A DNA stretch of 58,100 nucleotides, filler included, from Sphacelaria rigidula (GCA_964200075.2; 3 parts of 3 records of this genome joined end to end with filler, not necessarily neighbours in it), one strand, 5' to 3'. Positions 1 through 13,600 are shown, numbered from the whole stretch's first letter. The notes: generated from the sequence alone by a model not told the origin. Program-made: numbers and translations.

Positions 1-287
1 GCCTTGCCAAGCCCTCGTGAGAATAGATCCTCTCTCGAAATGTTCATGCCCGCCGGAAACATTGCAGGACCACCGCGATCGCGCGTCCGTTCGAACGGTC
101 GCGAACGCATGTATACTCTCCCACACAGTGAAGTACGAATCCGCTAATCGGACCCCTAGCATTGGCATTGGCCCAAACAGTCATCTCCCGAGGCAGGTGC
201 GGAGGAACTTGCACACTGAAATCATCATTGAATCTCGTGGACGCCTCGTTACAAAGTATGCTTGACGCTCGTGAGTTCGACATGTTC

Positions 288-311
288 TATATATATATAT
301 ATATATATATA
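288..311. repeat. (TA)n microsatellite
   Basis: About 12 TA units read directly. Confidence 0.95.
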
Positions 312-1647
312 CTAAAGCCTCGACACTTGTGTTGCAGCTGTGGTTGCAAAAAGTCCCAACCTGGCACCAGGTAAACATCTCTTCACAGCACAGCACGTCC
401 ACCACAACACATCATACTCCCTTGAGAATGAAGGGATGCTTTATCAACTTTCACTCACACTCACCATTATCAAAAACCTCCGCTAAGTGCACTACTGTAC
501 TGCAGCCTCACGACACCCATAGAGAGTTCCAGTGCATACACAATAATAGCTCCGAGCTCAAGCGCTGCTTCGCTACAAGAGCACGAAACGCTTTGTCCGA
601 CCGGATTTCACCGACTACTTCGCGAGCTACGGCGATTCGCGCCGTCGCCAATACCACCACAGACAGCACATATAGCTATTCTCTGGATGCGAAGAGCGAC
701 TGTGGGGTTTCCAGAGGGCTCCAACTGGCGTACCGCATCGCTTATTGCGGGGAGACACTCCCTTCGAGTTCATGTTGCGCACAAGAAGCGGCCGGGCGAT
801 CGATGCTTACGGGCTCCTCCTTCGGGAGCTCAAAACAAAAAGCATCGTTCTCAACATCCTAGCAGTGCACAACATTCGCTGCGACTCTGATTGCTCTCGC
901 GCGTCAATGATTACCGGTGGCGGGGGTGATGTTTGTCGTGTGCTCCACGTTTTCTTGCTTCACAGAGGCACCAGTAAAAAGCGCTCATGATTCGAAGGTG
1001 GCGACAACACACGATGAGGGAAGGCAGTTTCGTCCAACTGCACTTTTCGACATTGGGGACACTTTTTATACCCGACCGAGAAAGTCAGCACTCTTGTTTG
1101 CAAACACAATGCCCCATGAAGTGGCAAAAAGCGACCAAACCTAACCGAAAGCGACCAAAGGAGATTTTTCGTGCGACTTCTTCGTTCCCACCAGAAGCGG
1201 CGTCAGCGTTCCACAACACCACAGACAGAACATGGATAGGTGTGAAGTATTTTGACGCACAAGAGGGGCCAGGAAAGGGGTAAAGACTGCGCACAGAGAA
1301 AGAAGAACACCCCCCCCCTTTCTTTTCTGTGCTCCAACCGTTGAGTGGTCAGACGGTGCCCAAACTGTCAAATACGGCTAGGATGCGTGATACGAGTTTT
1401 GTATGCGTTCTGTACGGGAACATAACGGTCGATTTGACCAATGAGAATAATCAGAATGGCCACCCCGCACCTTTCGGGTTTCGTGCCCGACTCAGGCCGT
1501 GTCTCAACGAGATAAAAAAATAAAAAAGCAAGAAACGAAAGAAGCGCCCACAAGTAGCACGTTGATTGGTTGCCGGGCGAGTCTATGGCGAAATGTTCTG
1601 CTTTTGGACACCAATTTCGTTGTGCGATGCTTCTTTCGTCTCGATAA

Positions 1648-3317
1648 GGGCGTGCCTTACGAAGTACCTTTCTTCTCAGATCGAAAAAAAGAGGCGGTGG
1701 CATTGATTTGAGCGAAAATTGCTCTCTTTTCTCGAGTAGGGTTCAAGCGAATTTTCAAGCTTTCGATCAAAAAAAACACAACGAAATCCGTGAAACGGTA
1801 CATGGTCACTGCTGTACAATATAGACAGCCTGTACTGTCTGCACTGCTTGTAAGCAGTGCGTCTTGAGTGCGTGTGTGCGTGTTTTGTGCAGAAGGATTT
1901 CAAAGAGAAGCGGGCAACGTGCAGTGCAGACAGCTCAGGACCATCAGTTCTCTCTGCTCACAACGCGACGTGAAAAGGACTTCACAACGCGCAGCATTGT
2001 GCTGCCTGCACTGTCCATGAGCGTGCACGCAACTCGGTTGGCCACCATACCACGCAGTTCCGTCGCTGGTGCCTACCATGAAAAATGCGCAAGTTTTCGC
2101 CAACAAGGAAATATACAAAGTATACCCAACTACTGCTATGCCCGTGAATGGGGTCCGACTTTGGGCACTATATATCGGGCGACCGACCAACTACACAGTC
2201 AGTTGGATGCAGAAGAAATGAAACCTAAATGAGCCAATCAGTATCAATCACGAGTACACGCGTCACTCGAAATGACGACGCTCATACAAAATGTTCTCTT
2301 ACTACAGTACATTCTACACTAAACCTGTCACTGACGTTGCTGTACACCTGTACACACAGGGTCACAACAACAGGAGGATCGAATCTGCTGCTCGTGTTGC
2401 TGTTGTGCCCCTCTCGTTACAGTATGTTGTTGTGCCGATCTTTCAACGCAGTTTTCTCGGCAACGAACCAGAGGATTGGACTGCGGCGTGATGCGTGCGC
2501 TTCCCACACACCAGAACCACTCGCGGGGCGGATTTCTGTAACAGGTGCCGCAGAGGCCGCAGCGCTTTGCAAACAACAGTTGCACCGAACACAAAATGTA
2601 CTGCAAAACGCGTTTCCTTCAACGTCCTGGGCTTTTTCGGATCCGCTGAGGCGAAGTGAGAAACTCCGCCGCCGCGCTGACTAGGTGTATTCGTCGTGGG
2701 GGGGGGGGGAGGGGGCTATGAAGTACCACAGGCTGGTTTGCTTGTTGTCTCGAGAAAAACACGATGAAAAAATTACAGCTGTAGCATACCAAACCTAGTG
2801 AACTTGGGATGGTGCGTGTGGTCTGTTTGGCAGAGGTGCGGCAGAGGTGCGGCAGAGGTTCGGCACAGGTCCGACCAGTCTATGACGTCTTCATTATTCC
2901 TCATTATTCCTCCGCGTTTCTTTTTATTGATTTTTGCCCACGGATTTCTGGTCGCTAGGGCCTTCATTCACGGCATAACTGCAGTGTACTTATCTATCCC
3001 TGTGCTCAACTCGTGCTTTATGCTGCAGGGTTGCGGTGATAGCTGAGAACGAGTTGGGTGGAGTTTGCATGGTTCTGTGCACGGGTGTTATTTGGTGTGG
3101 TGGTTTGTAAGACAGGGGTCAAATGCCGCTGCGCGCTTTTCGACCGCATGTTTTCGATCGAAAATTCTCGTTGTGTCTCAAATACATTTTCTTCGCTCGC
3201 CACTATTTATAAATTTGAGGTGAAGCCTTCCAGGAACAGAAATGCGGTGAACGTATCGGATCGGCAAAAAAAACGACCGCACTTTTTCGATCGAAAAAAA
3301 TGTGCTCAGACGCGCTT
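1648..3317. mobile_element. PIF/Harbinger (Tourist-like) MITE, copy 1, interrupted by a nested insertion
   Basis: TAA flanks at 1645-1647 and 3318-3320. Ends are imperfect TIRs (GGGCGTG...TCGAAAAA..GCGGT / ACCGCACTTTTTCGATCGAAAAAAATGTGCTCAGACGCGCTT). Segments 1648-2136 and 2983-3317 are colinear with 46149-46976. Length without the insert is ~824 bp versus 828 bp for copy 2. Confidence 0.8.
2137..2977. mobile_element. Non-autonomous TIR element nested in the MITE, 5-bp TSD ACTGC
   Basis: Ends are TATGCCCGTGAATG... and ...CATTCACGGCATA. ACTGC is duplicated at 2132-2136 and 2978-2982. The empty site TACTGCAGTG is seen in the other MITE copy at 46631-46640. An internal 11-bp unit GGCAGAGGTGC occurs ~4 times at 2829-2872. 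Confidence 0.85.
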
Positions 3318-3424
3318 TAACCCCCTTAGGACCGAGCCTCCAGAACGATCAATGAAGCTGGTTAGGAATGACGCGTCTGGCGTCTGCACAAAACAGTGGC
3401 TTCATGTTGCTGACAATCCGCGTA

Positions 3425-5785
3425 TGTAGCCGCGGGATTATGAGGAAGACCAAAAGTACCATATAGTATATTTTCAGGTGCAGGGTGCGCAGTGGGTAAT
3501 GTATATATGATGTAACAAGCTGTAGAGTAGTCCACCTCCAGTACAAGTACATACAGGTTCATGATGATATACAAGTGGAATAATCTGCTGTAGGCGTTTT
3601 CTATTGGTTGACGGACTTGCGGGTCTGATCGGCAGACTATGTGGATTTGAACATCACATGCTTCACGCTTGTGGTTACTTCCGATAACGAAGGCTGTGTG
3701 TTTATGAATAACAACTGTCTTGAAGTCACCAGGCCCTAGTGAGGGAGGAAGCCCTTGGAGCAATCTTGTGATCTTGTTTTGAGTCCAGGAGGGCTCTATA
3801 ATAAACGTTTATCAAGAGGAACCCGCATGGTTTCTGGAAGAGGTTTTTCAGCTGTGGGCAGCTGCGGAGAAATTATATCAGACTTTGTACACACGAGTGT
3901 GCACTTTGTAAAGTGAGGGAGATCGCTGACAAAAGTAGAGACGGCTAGGTTGGCTGGAACTGTTGCGTGCAGCTATGGCAACGCGCAAGAAAGTGGGTGA
4001 TGGCGATGCAGGCGAAGAGGTGAAGTTTAAGTTTACTGAGCTTATGCCTGAAGGATCGCTGAAAGCCCCGGAGTACGGACGGCAATTTAGCGAAAATGCG
4101 TCCCGACGTTTTTTATCAGAAATACGTCGAGTATGAAGAGGCGGTCAAAATGAACAACAAAGGACGTAGCATGCAGGCCGTCTTACTGACTCTTACTGAA
4201 CTGGTGCCGGAGCACATTCGTGCGTGTTTGTCACGCACGATTTTTGACGGATCCGTGCTTGCCGAAGATGGTCTCAAGGAGGCACTAGGCCGACGTGCGA
4301 AATGTTGGCAGAATGAAGAAATTGATCCTTCAGTTGCTGCCGCTGGTGTGCGAAAAGCGTTGGCGGCCCGCAACGAGCAAACTGCAATGGGAAGAGTAGA
4401 AGGGCAGTGGGGTGCCCTGGAGGAATTTTTTTGCGGAGAATACTAGCGCTGAGCGTGCGTTACGCGATGATGCAGATTTCAAACGAGGACCCGCTCAAAT
4501 CATAACTCGGGAAATATTAAATGGACTGACCCCCCCCCGAATTCAAAACTGAGGTCCTCAACATGTTGGACATGAAGGGGGGGTGGAAGGAGGATCCTGG
4601 GCTTGTGTTTAACACGGCTCGGGAAGCAGCGGAGGCATGGAAGACGGTGGAAGCGGCGGATAAGCAGCGCCGTCAGCAGCCGCAGCTGAAACAAAGGAGT
4701 GGCAACGGGACTTCCGGAAGCAAGCGCCAACCGAATGGTGGAAAAACGGCGAGCAGTGGAAATGGGACTGCCAGTTTCAGGGAAACCCGCAAACCAGGCC
4801 CAAACTATGCAGGATGTTTCATATGTGAAGACAAGGGCCATTTCCGGGAGGATTGCAAGCAGCAAGGCCAGGCTGCTGCTACACAACATAGTGACGGTGG
4901 GCAGACGAAGGCTGGAGACAAGCAGCAGCAACAACAGCAGTTCCCTCGCGGGGGGGGCACGAGTCCCGCCCCTACAAGGGCTGTCTTTTCAGCCGATGGA
5001 CAAAGTGCTCCCGGCGGGAGGTCGACGTTGCCACCAGAACCGGTCGCTTCTACTGGTGGCGTGCAGCAGACCATCTCATCGCACTCGTTCCCGGGTTCGA
5101 ACTCTGCGGCGATGCCAGCATGGAGATCGCTAAAAGCGGGTGAGGTATCAGGTTTTCAATCTGAGGGTCTGCAAGTATATCACAAGGAAAGGTGGTGTCT
5201 TGCCGACTTGTCTGTCCCGAGTGCAGGGGCAAAGGGTGTTTGTCCGGTCAAGGCCATTTTAGACTCGGGATCTGGAATTACGACCATGTCAGTGGGTGTA
5301 GCGTCGAAATTACAAGCTATGGTTCCAGATGTTCGAGTGGTCACACCGATGGTTGATGAACAGCTGGCGACACTGGCTAACGGCAATGTTGAGCGCGTGA
5401 AGCAGAAAAGTTGCCCTGTCCGAACCGCTTTACACACCAGCTGGGGACCGGTTGTGCTGGACCCATGTTCATATGCGTTCATGCCGGGTACAGATGATGT
5501 GATTATCATGGGGAGCCCTACACTGGAAGCGCTGGGCATTGACGTGTACAGTAGTTTAGGTGCATGTGCACGTGCAAGGAACACTTCGGTGCGAGGTGTA
5601 AACACGCCTGATTTTACGGACTGTCGGCGTGTCAGTACCGCGGTTGACGCTTTACAGCAACCAGGAGGTCGGGCGGAGCCCGTTTATTCCTCAGTCGAGC
5701 GGTTGTTGTCGAGAAGTCCGGCGATAAGCATATCCCCGGAACAAGAGCTTGCTGAGCTTGATGTTGCGCCGGAGGAGGCAGTACT
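3425..5785 (+). mobile_element. Truncated Ty3/gypsy LTR retrotransposon (putative 5' LTR, gag, protease; RT, RNase H and integrase absent)
   Basis: Putative LTR begins TGTAGC at 3425 (end uncertain, ~3866). Gag-protease coding remnants follow and are homologous to the element at 19403-22842. Confidence 0.8.
3975..5785 (+). pseudogene. Frameshifted gypsy gag-aspartic protease
   Basis: ATG at 3975 (MATRKK...KAPEYGRQFSENASRRF). Frameshifts fall in T-runs near 4110 and 4430. CCHC knuckle CFICEDKGHFREDC and retropepsin motif AILDSGSG are in ORF 4563-5915, whose tail beyond ~5785 runs into unrelated sequence. Confidence 0.85.
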
Positions 5786-8700
5786 TTTCTTGTCTATTGC
5801 AGTTATTGACCATATAGCCCTAGGTGTGAAGGAATCTCATACCATACAGAACGTACCCGTACCTTACACAACACAACCTTGCAATTCTCGGCAGGAAGGT
5901 CGGGAGTCGCAGTAGGCGGCAGGCGCTGAAAGCTGCTCAATGAGATACTCATTTGGAAGTAGATAGTCAACCGTCAGCAGCCTCAGTGAGAAAAACACGC
6001 CGGTTCAATATCACCGAAGTGCATACCGAAGTAAGCATTATGTATTATAGATGTACCAAGTACACGTTCACGAGCAAACCCGTTGCAACCAAACAAGAAA
6101 TCGTTAGACGCGACAAACATGGACGAAATCATAGACGAAAACCAGGCCAAGGCTGTTGTGTTGATCACCCCTTCTTCGCTCAACTGATGAGCGATGCTCG
6201 TGACCAGATCGGTACCACCCCCCCTCTTGAGCACACAAGAACAGATTCATGCATTTCTTGATACAACACCACACGCCATCCAACAGCCCTAGCCCACTTC
6301 GCGCGAGCAAAAACCCATCATCAACAGGAGAACTGCAACCAACGTTCATCTAGAGTCCCCCATCCAAATACGACACACAAGAATCGAACACCCACAAACG
6401 CACAAAATATACATAACGGTGTACTTACCGCACTTTGAATTTCGTGCTTACCAAGAACACAACAACAATCAAGAGCAAAAAAACACGTACTAAATGAAAC
6501 GTCACACAAATAGCATGAAAAAAATCGGAACGAGTCGAAACGAAGAACAACAGACATTCACCCACACGCGAGAGCAGCGCCATGCTTCAACATTGCGATG
6601 GCGATGTAACTGAGTTTAGCGGGGACCCGCAGTATTTTCCCGTTTCTTTTCATTTGCTCTCAACCCTCAATTTAACATGACATACACCACATATATACGG
6701 GAACAACAAAACCACGACAGCCGCACCCCGGGATTAAATGAAGCAACGGAGAAGGTGTGACAATATTGCTCCGATGAAAGGCACGCGCTGCTCCTCTCTC
6801 GTAAGCCTCCCTACATCGTGTGTCCCAACTAATCCCGTGCTTTGAAATTATTCAAGGGCAGGGCCATCATACTTCTTTCTCGCATGTACACGCAGATGTT
6901 CATCACATCTGTATCCTCTTCATTTATCTGTCAACAAACACCAACATGGTGGGGATATTGCGGCGATGGTAATTTCAAGGTGGAACACGAAAGTCACTCG
7001 AAGATAAATAACAACCTACCGACACCCCAACCACCATACATGGTACCCTTACTTTTATACGGCATAAAATCGTCAAATAAAAGCACGGATAGCACACCAG
7101 AGAGAAAGGGAAAACAGGGGGAAAACATCATGATATATTGATTTGTTTTCTGCAGTCTACCCAGACCGCCCTTATCTTCCGGTCCCCCACTATTTATGTT
7201 TGTATCCGACAAATATGTCCGACGAAATCAAGCCAGACACCACGAAATAAGAAAAATATGTATAATAGTAAGATCGCAAAGAGAAAGGAGGAGGGGAGCT
7301 CAACCGTTTGGTCCATCTCGGTTTGTGACCACACTCGAGACACGTGGAGCAATCCGTAATTTGAGCGCGTTTCATTGGCGCCTGTAGTTCCGTAACTCCG
7401 GTCCCGTGGAAAACATCCACGAGCATCGGTTGCCGCGACCAACGGCATACCCGTTGTGTGGTCCCCAATGAGACTCGCTCTCTCTAGGACTATTCACCTG
7501 TGTATAATCCACACTACTGCCGTATGTCCACGAACCCAGACTCTGAAACGACAGTACCGACATAGCGCCCGCACTACCGCAGCTAGTCTTCCGTGCAGGC
7601 ACAGAACCCGCATTACTGTACCCAATCTTCCGTGCGAGCACAGCGCTCTCACGGACACATCCGTTCCTGCCGTCCGCGAACAGGGACGACAGGCGAATAG
7701 AAACAAGACAAAGACAAGCTGAAACGATCCTGCATATTATGTGCGCTCTACGCAAATGATGAACAATGTCCCACAACGGGTCTACCAGATAACAATAAAA
7801 AAAGATAACGCAAGACAAGACAAGACAAGATGTAACAGGAAGAAACGATCTATCACTTTATTTCCATACGAAAGAGAAATATAACAGTTGAGATTTACGC
7901 AAATACTTTTTTTTTTATGAAACACCACAAAAACACCCCCAAGAGAGGAAACTCATAAATGTGAAGTAAAAGAAAAAAGTAGACGTGAAAAAATCGGACT
8001 ATGATCAATCCTAAATTGAGACGAGCAAAAACATCGAACAATAACAACGACAACACACGAGATTGAAACGCGTACCGCGACACCCACGTACAACGCAAAA
8101 CAGTAAAGATCATCACTAAAACCTCCATGGAGTGTTCCCCCTCCCCTCTTCCCGCGTAGCCTGGAATTCAAACAAAAAGGACCGGAACAATCGACCGATC
8201 AATTTTGTGGCAAGACCTACGTACTGTTATTATAGCCCGACTCGTTTCACTTCAATGTAGTCGTCACCCCCTCCTCGCCACCCCCCCTTCCCCCTCCGTA
8301 ATGAGCATCAGAAGTTGAAGATGGCTCTATTAGCAGTAGGAATGGTGCTCCGTCTCGAAAGGATGCGTGGTCAATGGTCAAACGACCAAGACTGGCAACA
8401 AATGAGTACCCATCCCCTCCCCCCCCTCCCTCCCTCCCACGACCATCATCTTTGCAAATCTATCGACACAAAACGGACTAAAAGCAGCGAAGAAAAAAGT
8501 AAGTATGCGGCGTCATTTCAAGAATCACCAAAAGTTGGGACAGCATACACGCGCTCTTGATAAAACATCCAAAAAAAAAATTGTTCATTCATCATGATCT
8601 GAATATCCATCACTTTCTCCACTACACAGGATTTACTCGTTCCCTCTTTTCCAAAACCACGGTCGTGAACGCCAAACGGTACAAGGGATGGATGGGATTA

Positions 8701-9859
8701 TGACAGCACACACACGCACACACGCACAAAAAACGAATCATGATGGTGTTCGTGTTTCACGCCGTTCTTACCGGCACAATCGGCCGACATAAACAAGGTA
8801 ACAATTGGTTGGCCGTCGGCGATCGTCCTGGTGGAACGATCCTCCTTCCTCTGGAGGACGTACACGGTCATCATCCCAAGGAGGCATGAATCAACACGTC
8901 CAAAAGACATGAACTCAGTGAAGACAAATAACGCGAGGCATTCTGCAGCATGAGCATGGGTAGCCCCTGTCTCGCCCCACCCACATCACCACGTCCGAGC
9001 GCCGCACGCGCATTCACCCGCCATCTATCTCTGACTACATTCAACGCACTCCACATTTCAAGCTCGATCCATGAACATTATCTCTTGTACGCCGGCTCAT
9101 TTTACTCTGGCTCGCCCACAAGTGGGTCTGCACTGCGACTTCCACTCCAAATGAAACACGAGCACTCTTTTCGATGGACTTCTCTTGAAAGCAAACCGGC
9201 ACTCGGTCATACGCCAGGTATACTCGGAAAAGGTGCAGTCGTGTCAAAAGTCCGCAGGTTACCCCCCCCCCCCCTCCGCAGCCGCATTCTTCGCCGTTAG
9301 TATGTTGACCCGTGGTCCCACACGGGCCCTCCAAGGGGCTCTTTCTCAAGCTCGATATGACTCTCCATCATGAGCCACTGCCGAATTTCAACACTGGGGG
9401 GAAGGAGAAAAAAATTGTTGCTTTGTGGGCCCGAACTTCAGATATGCCCTCTACACCTGCAGTCCGCCATAGCCCCCCCCCCCCGACCCCCGCAATCTGG
9501 ACACAACGCAAGCACTCATTAATCTTCGCCCCTTGGCCTCCCGCCCCCCGGACAGGAAGCACAGGGTAAACACTGACACGAGGAGTGGAATGGACATGCG
9601 GAAAAATAAGGCCTCGTGGGGTTTCAACTGATTTCAATTTGCCCCCTCCCCAACCCCAACCCCAACCCCAACCCCACGAGAAGTAAGACGCGGGGGCAGA
9701 TCCAAAGATATTGAAACAAAATACAGCCACAGTCCATACTTCCTTGTTCACGAGGAAAGGTAAAGCTGGGACACTAGTGTGCGTGACATCCACAGCCCGT
9801 GACACACAGTTCCTCACTTCCCCCTTGTGAGACCCGGAGAGCATCTTGGTTGTTGCACA

Positions 9860-10036
9860 TCAAAAATCCTCTCGGTGCTCCGCGAAGCCCCCCCCGCGTT
9901 CCCTGAGCTTCTTCCAATGGGGTTGCCAGCTTCCCCATGCCGTCGTCGCCCTCATCTCGGGTTCCCACGGGCGCGGTTGTGCAATCCCGACGTACCCGCC
10001 AGCGCTACCAGCGCCCTCTCGGGACCTTGAAAAAAT
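9860..10036 (-). CDS. Possible terminal exon of the Zn2Cys6 gene
   Basis: Pyrimidine-rich tract and CTGTAG acceptor at 10038-10037. Phase-0 reading IFSRSREGAG...EHREDF ends at TGA 9862-9860, compatible with the phase-0 donor at 10630. No homology support. Confidence 0.35.
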   Translation of the reverse strand: MFSRSREGAGSAGGYVGIAQPRPWEPEMRATTAWGSWQPHWKKLRERGGGFAEHREDF

Positions 10037-10630
10037 CTACAGATGAATAGCCGGCAAAGGGAAAGCAAAAACAAAAGCAAGAGCAAGAGCAAAGAGTAAA
10101 GGCAGAAAAATGGGTAAGGGCATGGTCCTGCGCTGTAACGTAAGGAAAACGAGAACATGGGACTAACATGTTTCGTTGCAGTAGAAAAGATCGGGTGTCC
10201 ACAACCCCGGGCTGGGCCTGGTTCGCGCGTGCTATGTGTCGCGGGGGTGAGGTCAAGGAATCTTGGAAAAAAAATACTTCTACAGTGTGGGGCGGGAGAG
10301 CATGTGTCGAGATCGGGTGGTGCAGCAGCACCTTTTACGGAACTGCAGAAAACGGGAGGGAAAGCTCGACGCGGACGTGTTGTTACGGTACGCCAACACA
10401 TATCCAGACATAAGCTCAGCTACACACCTCCCTCCTTCTTGTGCTCCTCGGGCACTTTCGAGAAAGAAACACGAGCAACAACATGGCGCATGTCCATAAA
10501 TTTCGCGGGGACACAGATATTCCCGTCCGTGCAAATAAATGTTCGTGAGACCGGTGTGCCCCCCCGCGCCCCACCCACCCTGCCCCAACCGACGGGATAA
10601 AGTATCGATAAAACCACCGACTCCTCACAC

Positions 10631-13600
10631 CTCGTCCTGTTGGATCATTCCCCCTCCACGAGTCGTCATCCGCATGTCACCGTCTTCCTGGATACAAGTC
10701 TTGGACAGGGGCCACGACGACAACATCCTGTTCTCCCTCATCTGTCCGTCCAGAAGACCCCCTCCCCCACTCCGCGCCTGCTGATGTCGTCTGGCCACAG
10801 CAGCCGCAGTCGCAGCCGCAGCAGCAGCAGCAGCAGCAGCAGCACCCCCACCATCACTGTCGCTCGTCGCCCCCGAGAGCATCAAATCAGGATCCAGATC
10901 TGCCGATGGACTCCGACAATCGCGGGTGGTGTTGTTGCTACCGTTGCCCATCGTCCAAGATAGGGGCGGCATGGTCCCGCTGCCCCTTACTCCCATTCTC
11001 GGAAAGTTACTCCGCGTCTGCTGTCCCTTACTGATTCCTGGCGAGGTGTGGCACACAGGCAGCGGCGGCAGTGGAGACAGAGATCTGGTTTCGACAGGTT
11101 GCGGTCGACGGTGATGGTATGCTCCTTGATTGTGCACTCGATCACCGTCTCTGCCGAGGCGCTGCCGCCGGTGGTGGCTACAGCGATCCCTCCGATCGCA
11201 AACTGGCTCGGGTTCGACGGTCTGACTCGGCCCGGTTCTGCAATAACGACCTGCTTCCCTTCTGGTTCCCACCGGTTCCAGTCGCGGCAAGAGCGGTGGC
11301 ACCACGAAGCGCCGTCCCTCCTCCCCGGGTACGTGCTCGCGTTCATGAGGGTGGAACCGACTGCTGTGTGGAATTTTTCCTGCCGCTTCCTTTCCCGTCG
11401 TCTCGAGTCTCAGTTGCTGTGGCGACGACGCCTCCGCGTGCATGTAATCACCACCACTACCGCTGAGATGACCCGGGGAGTGGCGTTGGTGATAGCTGGA
11501 CTTGCTGTCGGCGTTGTTAGAGACGCCACCACAATCCGTGTCACCATCGCTGGTGATGGCCGCCTTGCCGGTGGTAACGCTGGCGCTCGTGCTCTCGCAA
11601 TTGCTCACGCGGCGAATGGCCGAGAAGACTTCATCCTCGATCTTTTTCGCTTTGGTGATACCATGTGCGCATGGCGCGAAAAGTGCTGGACCACCGGAAC
11701 CATTGCCACTACTGCCACCAACACCAACGCCATCATCACCGTCATCACGGCGGACGCTCGTGTTCGAAGCATTATCACGTCCATTCGAACCCTGTACTCC
11801 ATCACACTTCGAGCCTCCTCCACGCGGAGCTTGCCCGAGAGACGCCGCCGGCACGGATTGGTGGGCGCTAGTTCGTCTGCCTTGTTCGCACCCACCATTA
11901 GCTACCATCGTTGGGCTACCTTCGCTCGTCGTCTTGTCCACGGCGGCTACAGAGCTGCCGATAGTCCTTTCGTTGTCCATGTCAGGGTCGGTCAAACTCT
12001 GCTGCTGGACCTGCCGTTCCCACGACTCATTGTCCTGCCCGCCGCAGGGGACTGGAACATGGTACCGTGTTCCTCCCTCCTTCTTCGGGGAGCAACTTGC
12101 GATCGAGGTGGTGGAGCTAGCGGAGCTGGCGGCAGCGGCGGCGGGATGTTTGGTTTTGTCGGTTTTACCTTCGCGGCCGCTGGCGACATCGGCTTTGCAG
12201 TTGCTGACATTGTCTTCGCCACCACCGCTATCGCCGTCGCTCGCGATAGTTCTTGCGACTCGCGCCAGCGCGGGTTCTCCTCTTCCATTACGACCACAAC
12301 CGTCGATTGGAAACTTCTTCTCGGCACCGCTCCATGACGACGATTGCTCGGAGTCGCCGCGGCTGCCCCCGCTGCCCTCGTGAGACGGAACGCAGTCGTG
12401 CTGCTGCCGCCGCCACCGTTGCTGCTGACCAGGGCGCTCACCGCTCTCCGGTTTGCTCACTTTCGTACGTTCTTGGGCCTGTCGTTCTCCTCTTTCGACA
12501 GAACTCGGCACCGGGGAATTGTGTTTTTCGATCCGTGGCGATGGCAGCGCTCGAGCCACCAACAGCGGAGACCGACGCGGCTCATTGTTGCGTTGCGCCA
12601 CAACAGTCGGTACCGCCGTAGCCGGAATCGGGGCCGCGCCCGCCACTTGCAGTCGCATGTCCTCTTGCCCGATTCCTCGTCCATCCCGGTTGCCCCTTGT
12701 GTTAGGCTCCCATTGGCCCTGGCCGTGAAATTGACGGCCACCGCCCCCGCGGGCGGTTTCAGAGTAGTCATGATAGTCCCTCCATGACGTGTCTCCGCAA
12801 TCATTAGGGGAGCGTAGTTGACTTGCGCCGCCGATCGGGTGAAAATGATCACAGTATTCACCATCCACATCCCTGGAGCGAACGTCGGATCCAGAACGAC
12901 GGGCGCGAGTGCCGGCGCTGCCGTCCTCGCCTGCCGATGAGCGTTCGATGATATAGTCCTTGTGCGAAGATACACGCAGCAGCGCCAAGTCTAGCGGCCG
13001 CCCCACTTGCTGGTGCCTCTCGTGTTCCCATGCCGCCGCGGCCACGGCCGCCGCGGAAACCTTGACGGGACGGGCGTGCTGTGTTGGCGTGGATTGCTGC
13101 GTCTCGAGTCTTGCCTCTCGGGTCGCCCATCCCCCGCGTTGGTCGATCCCGCCGTCATCGCCGCTACGGTCAGTTCTCGCGTGATTGTCTCCTCCTACGA
13201 GAGGGTGTTCAATGAGGGGAGTAACTCTGCAGCCGATCTCAACGCCACCGCTCCTACTACGCGCCAAGTCTTTGAGAGCACGCGCCGCCAAATCTTTGTC
13301 GAGAACAGGGCGTCGCATCGGCGGAATGCTGGTCTCCTCGCTGCTGCATGCGATCTGTCTATCCATTGCAAGCACGTCGGTAGCGAAGCCGTTGTGGCCT
13401 CTGTATCGGTCATAGCGGTCGAGTCCCATCCTCTGTCGCTGCTGTTGCTGCCGGCCCGACAATCGAGGAGTGATGGTGCAAAAGTCACTGCGGCGCTCCC
13501 GGTCGTGTTCTTCCGTCATTTGATCAGTTTCCCCCCTCATGATACGTCGCCTGTGCCGGTTGGTGTCACCACCGTCATTCTCGCAACCGTATGACCGCGA

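Noticed and set aside
2829..2872. 11-bp repeats (and the 117-bp and 300-bp repeats) as a CRISPR-like array
   Set aside because: Head-to-tail units without unique spacers, no cas genes, eukaryotic context.
6184..6205. CTGATGAG with a short stem as a hammerhead ribozyme core
   Set aside because: The stem is followed by GTGA rather than GAAA, and no stems I/III were evident.
11048..12787. Long plus-strand ORFs (429 aa, 293 aa and others) as genes
   Set aside because: Antisense shadows of the GC-rich Zn2Cys6 exon, with no motifs of their own.
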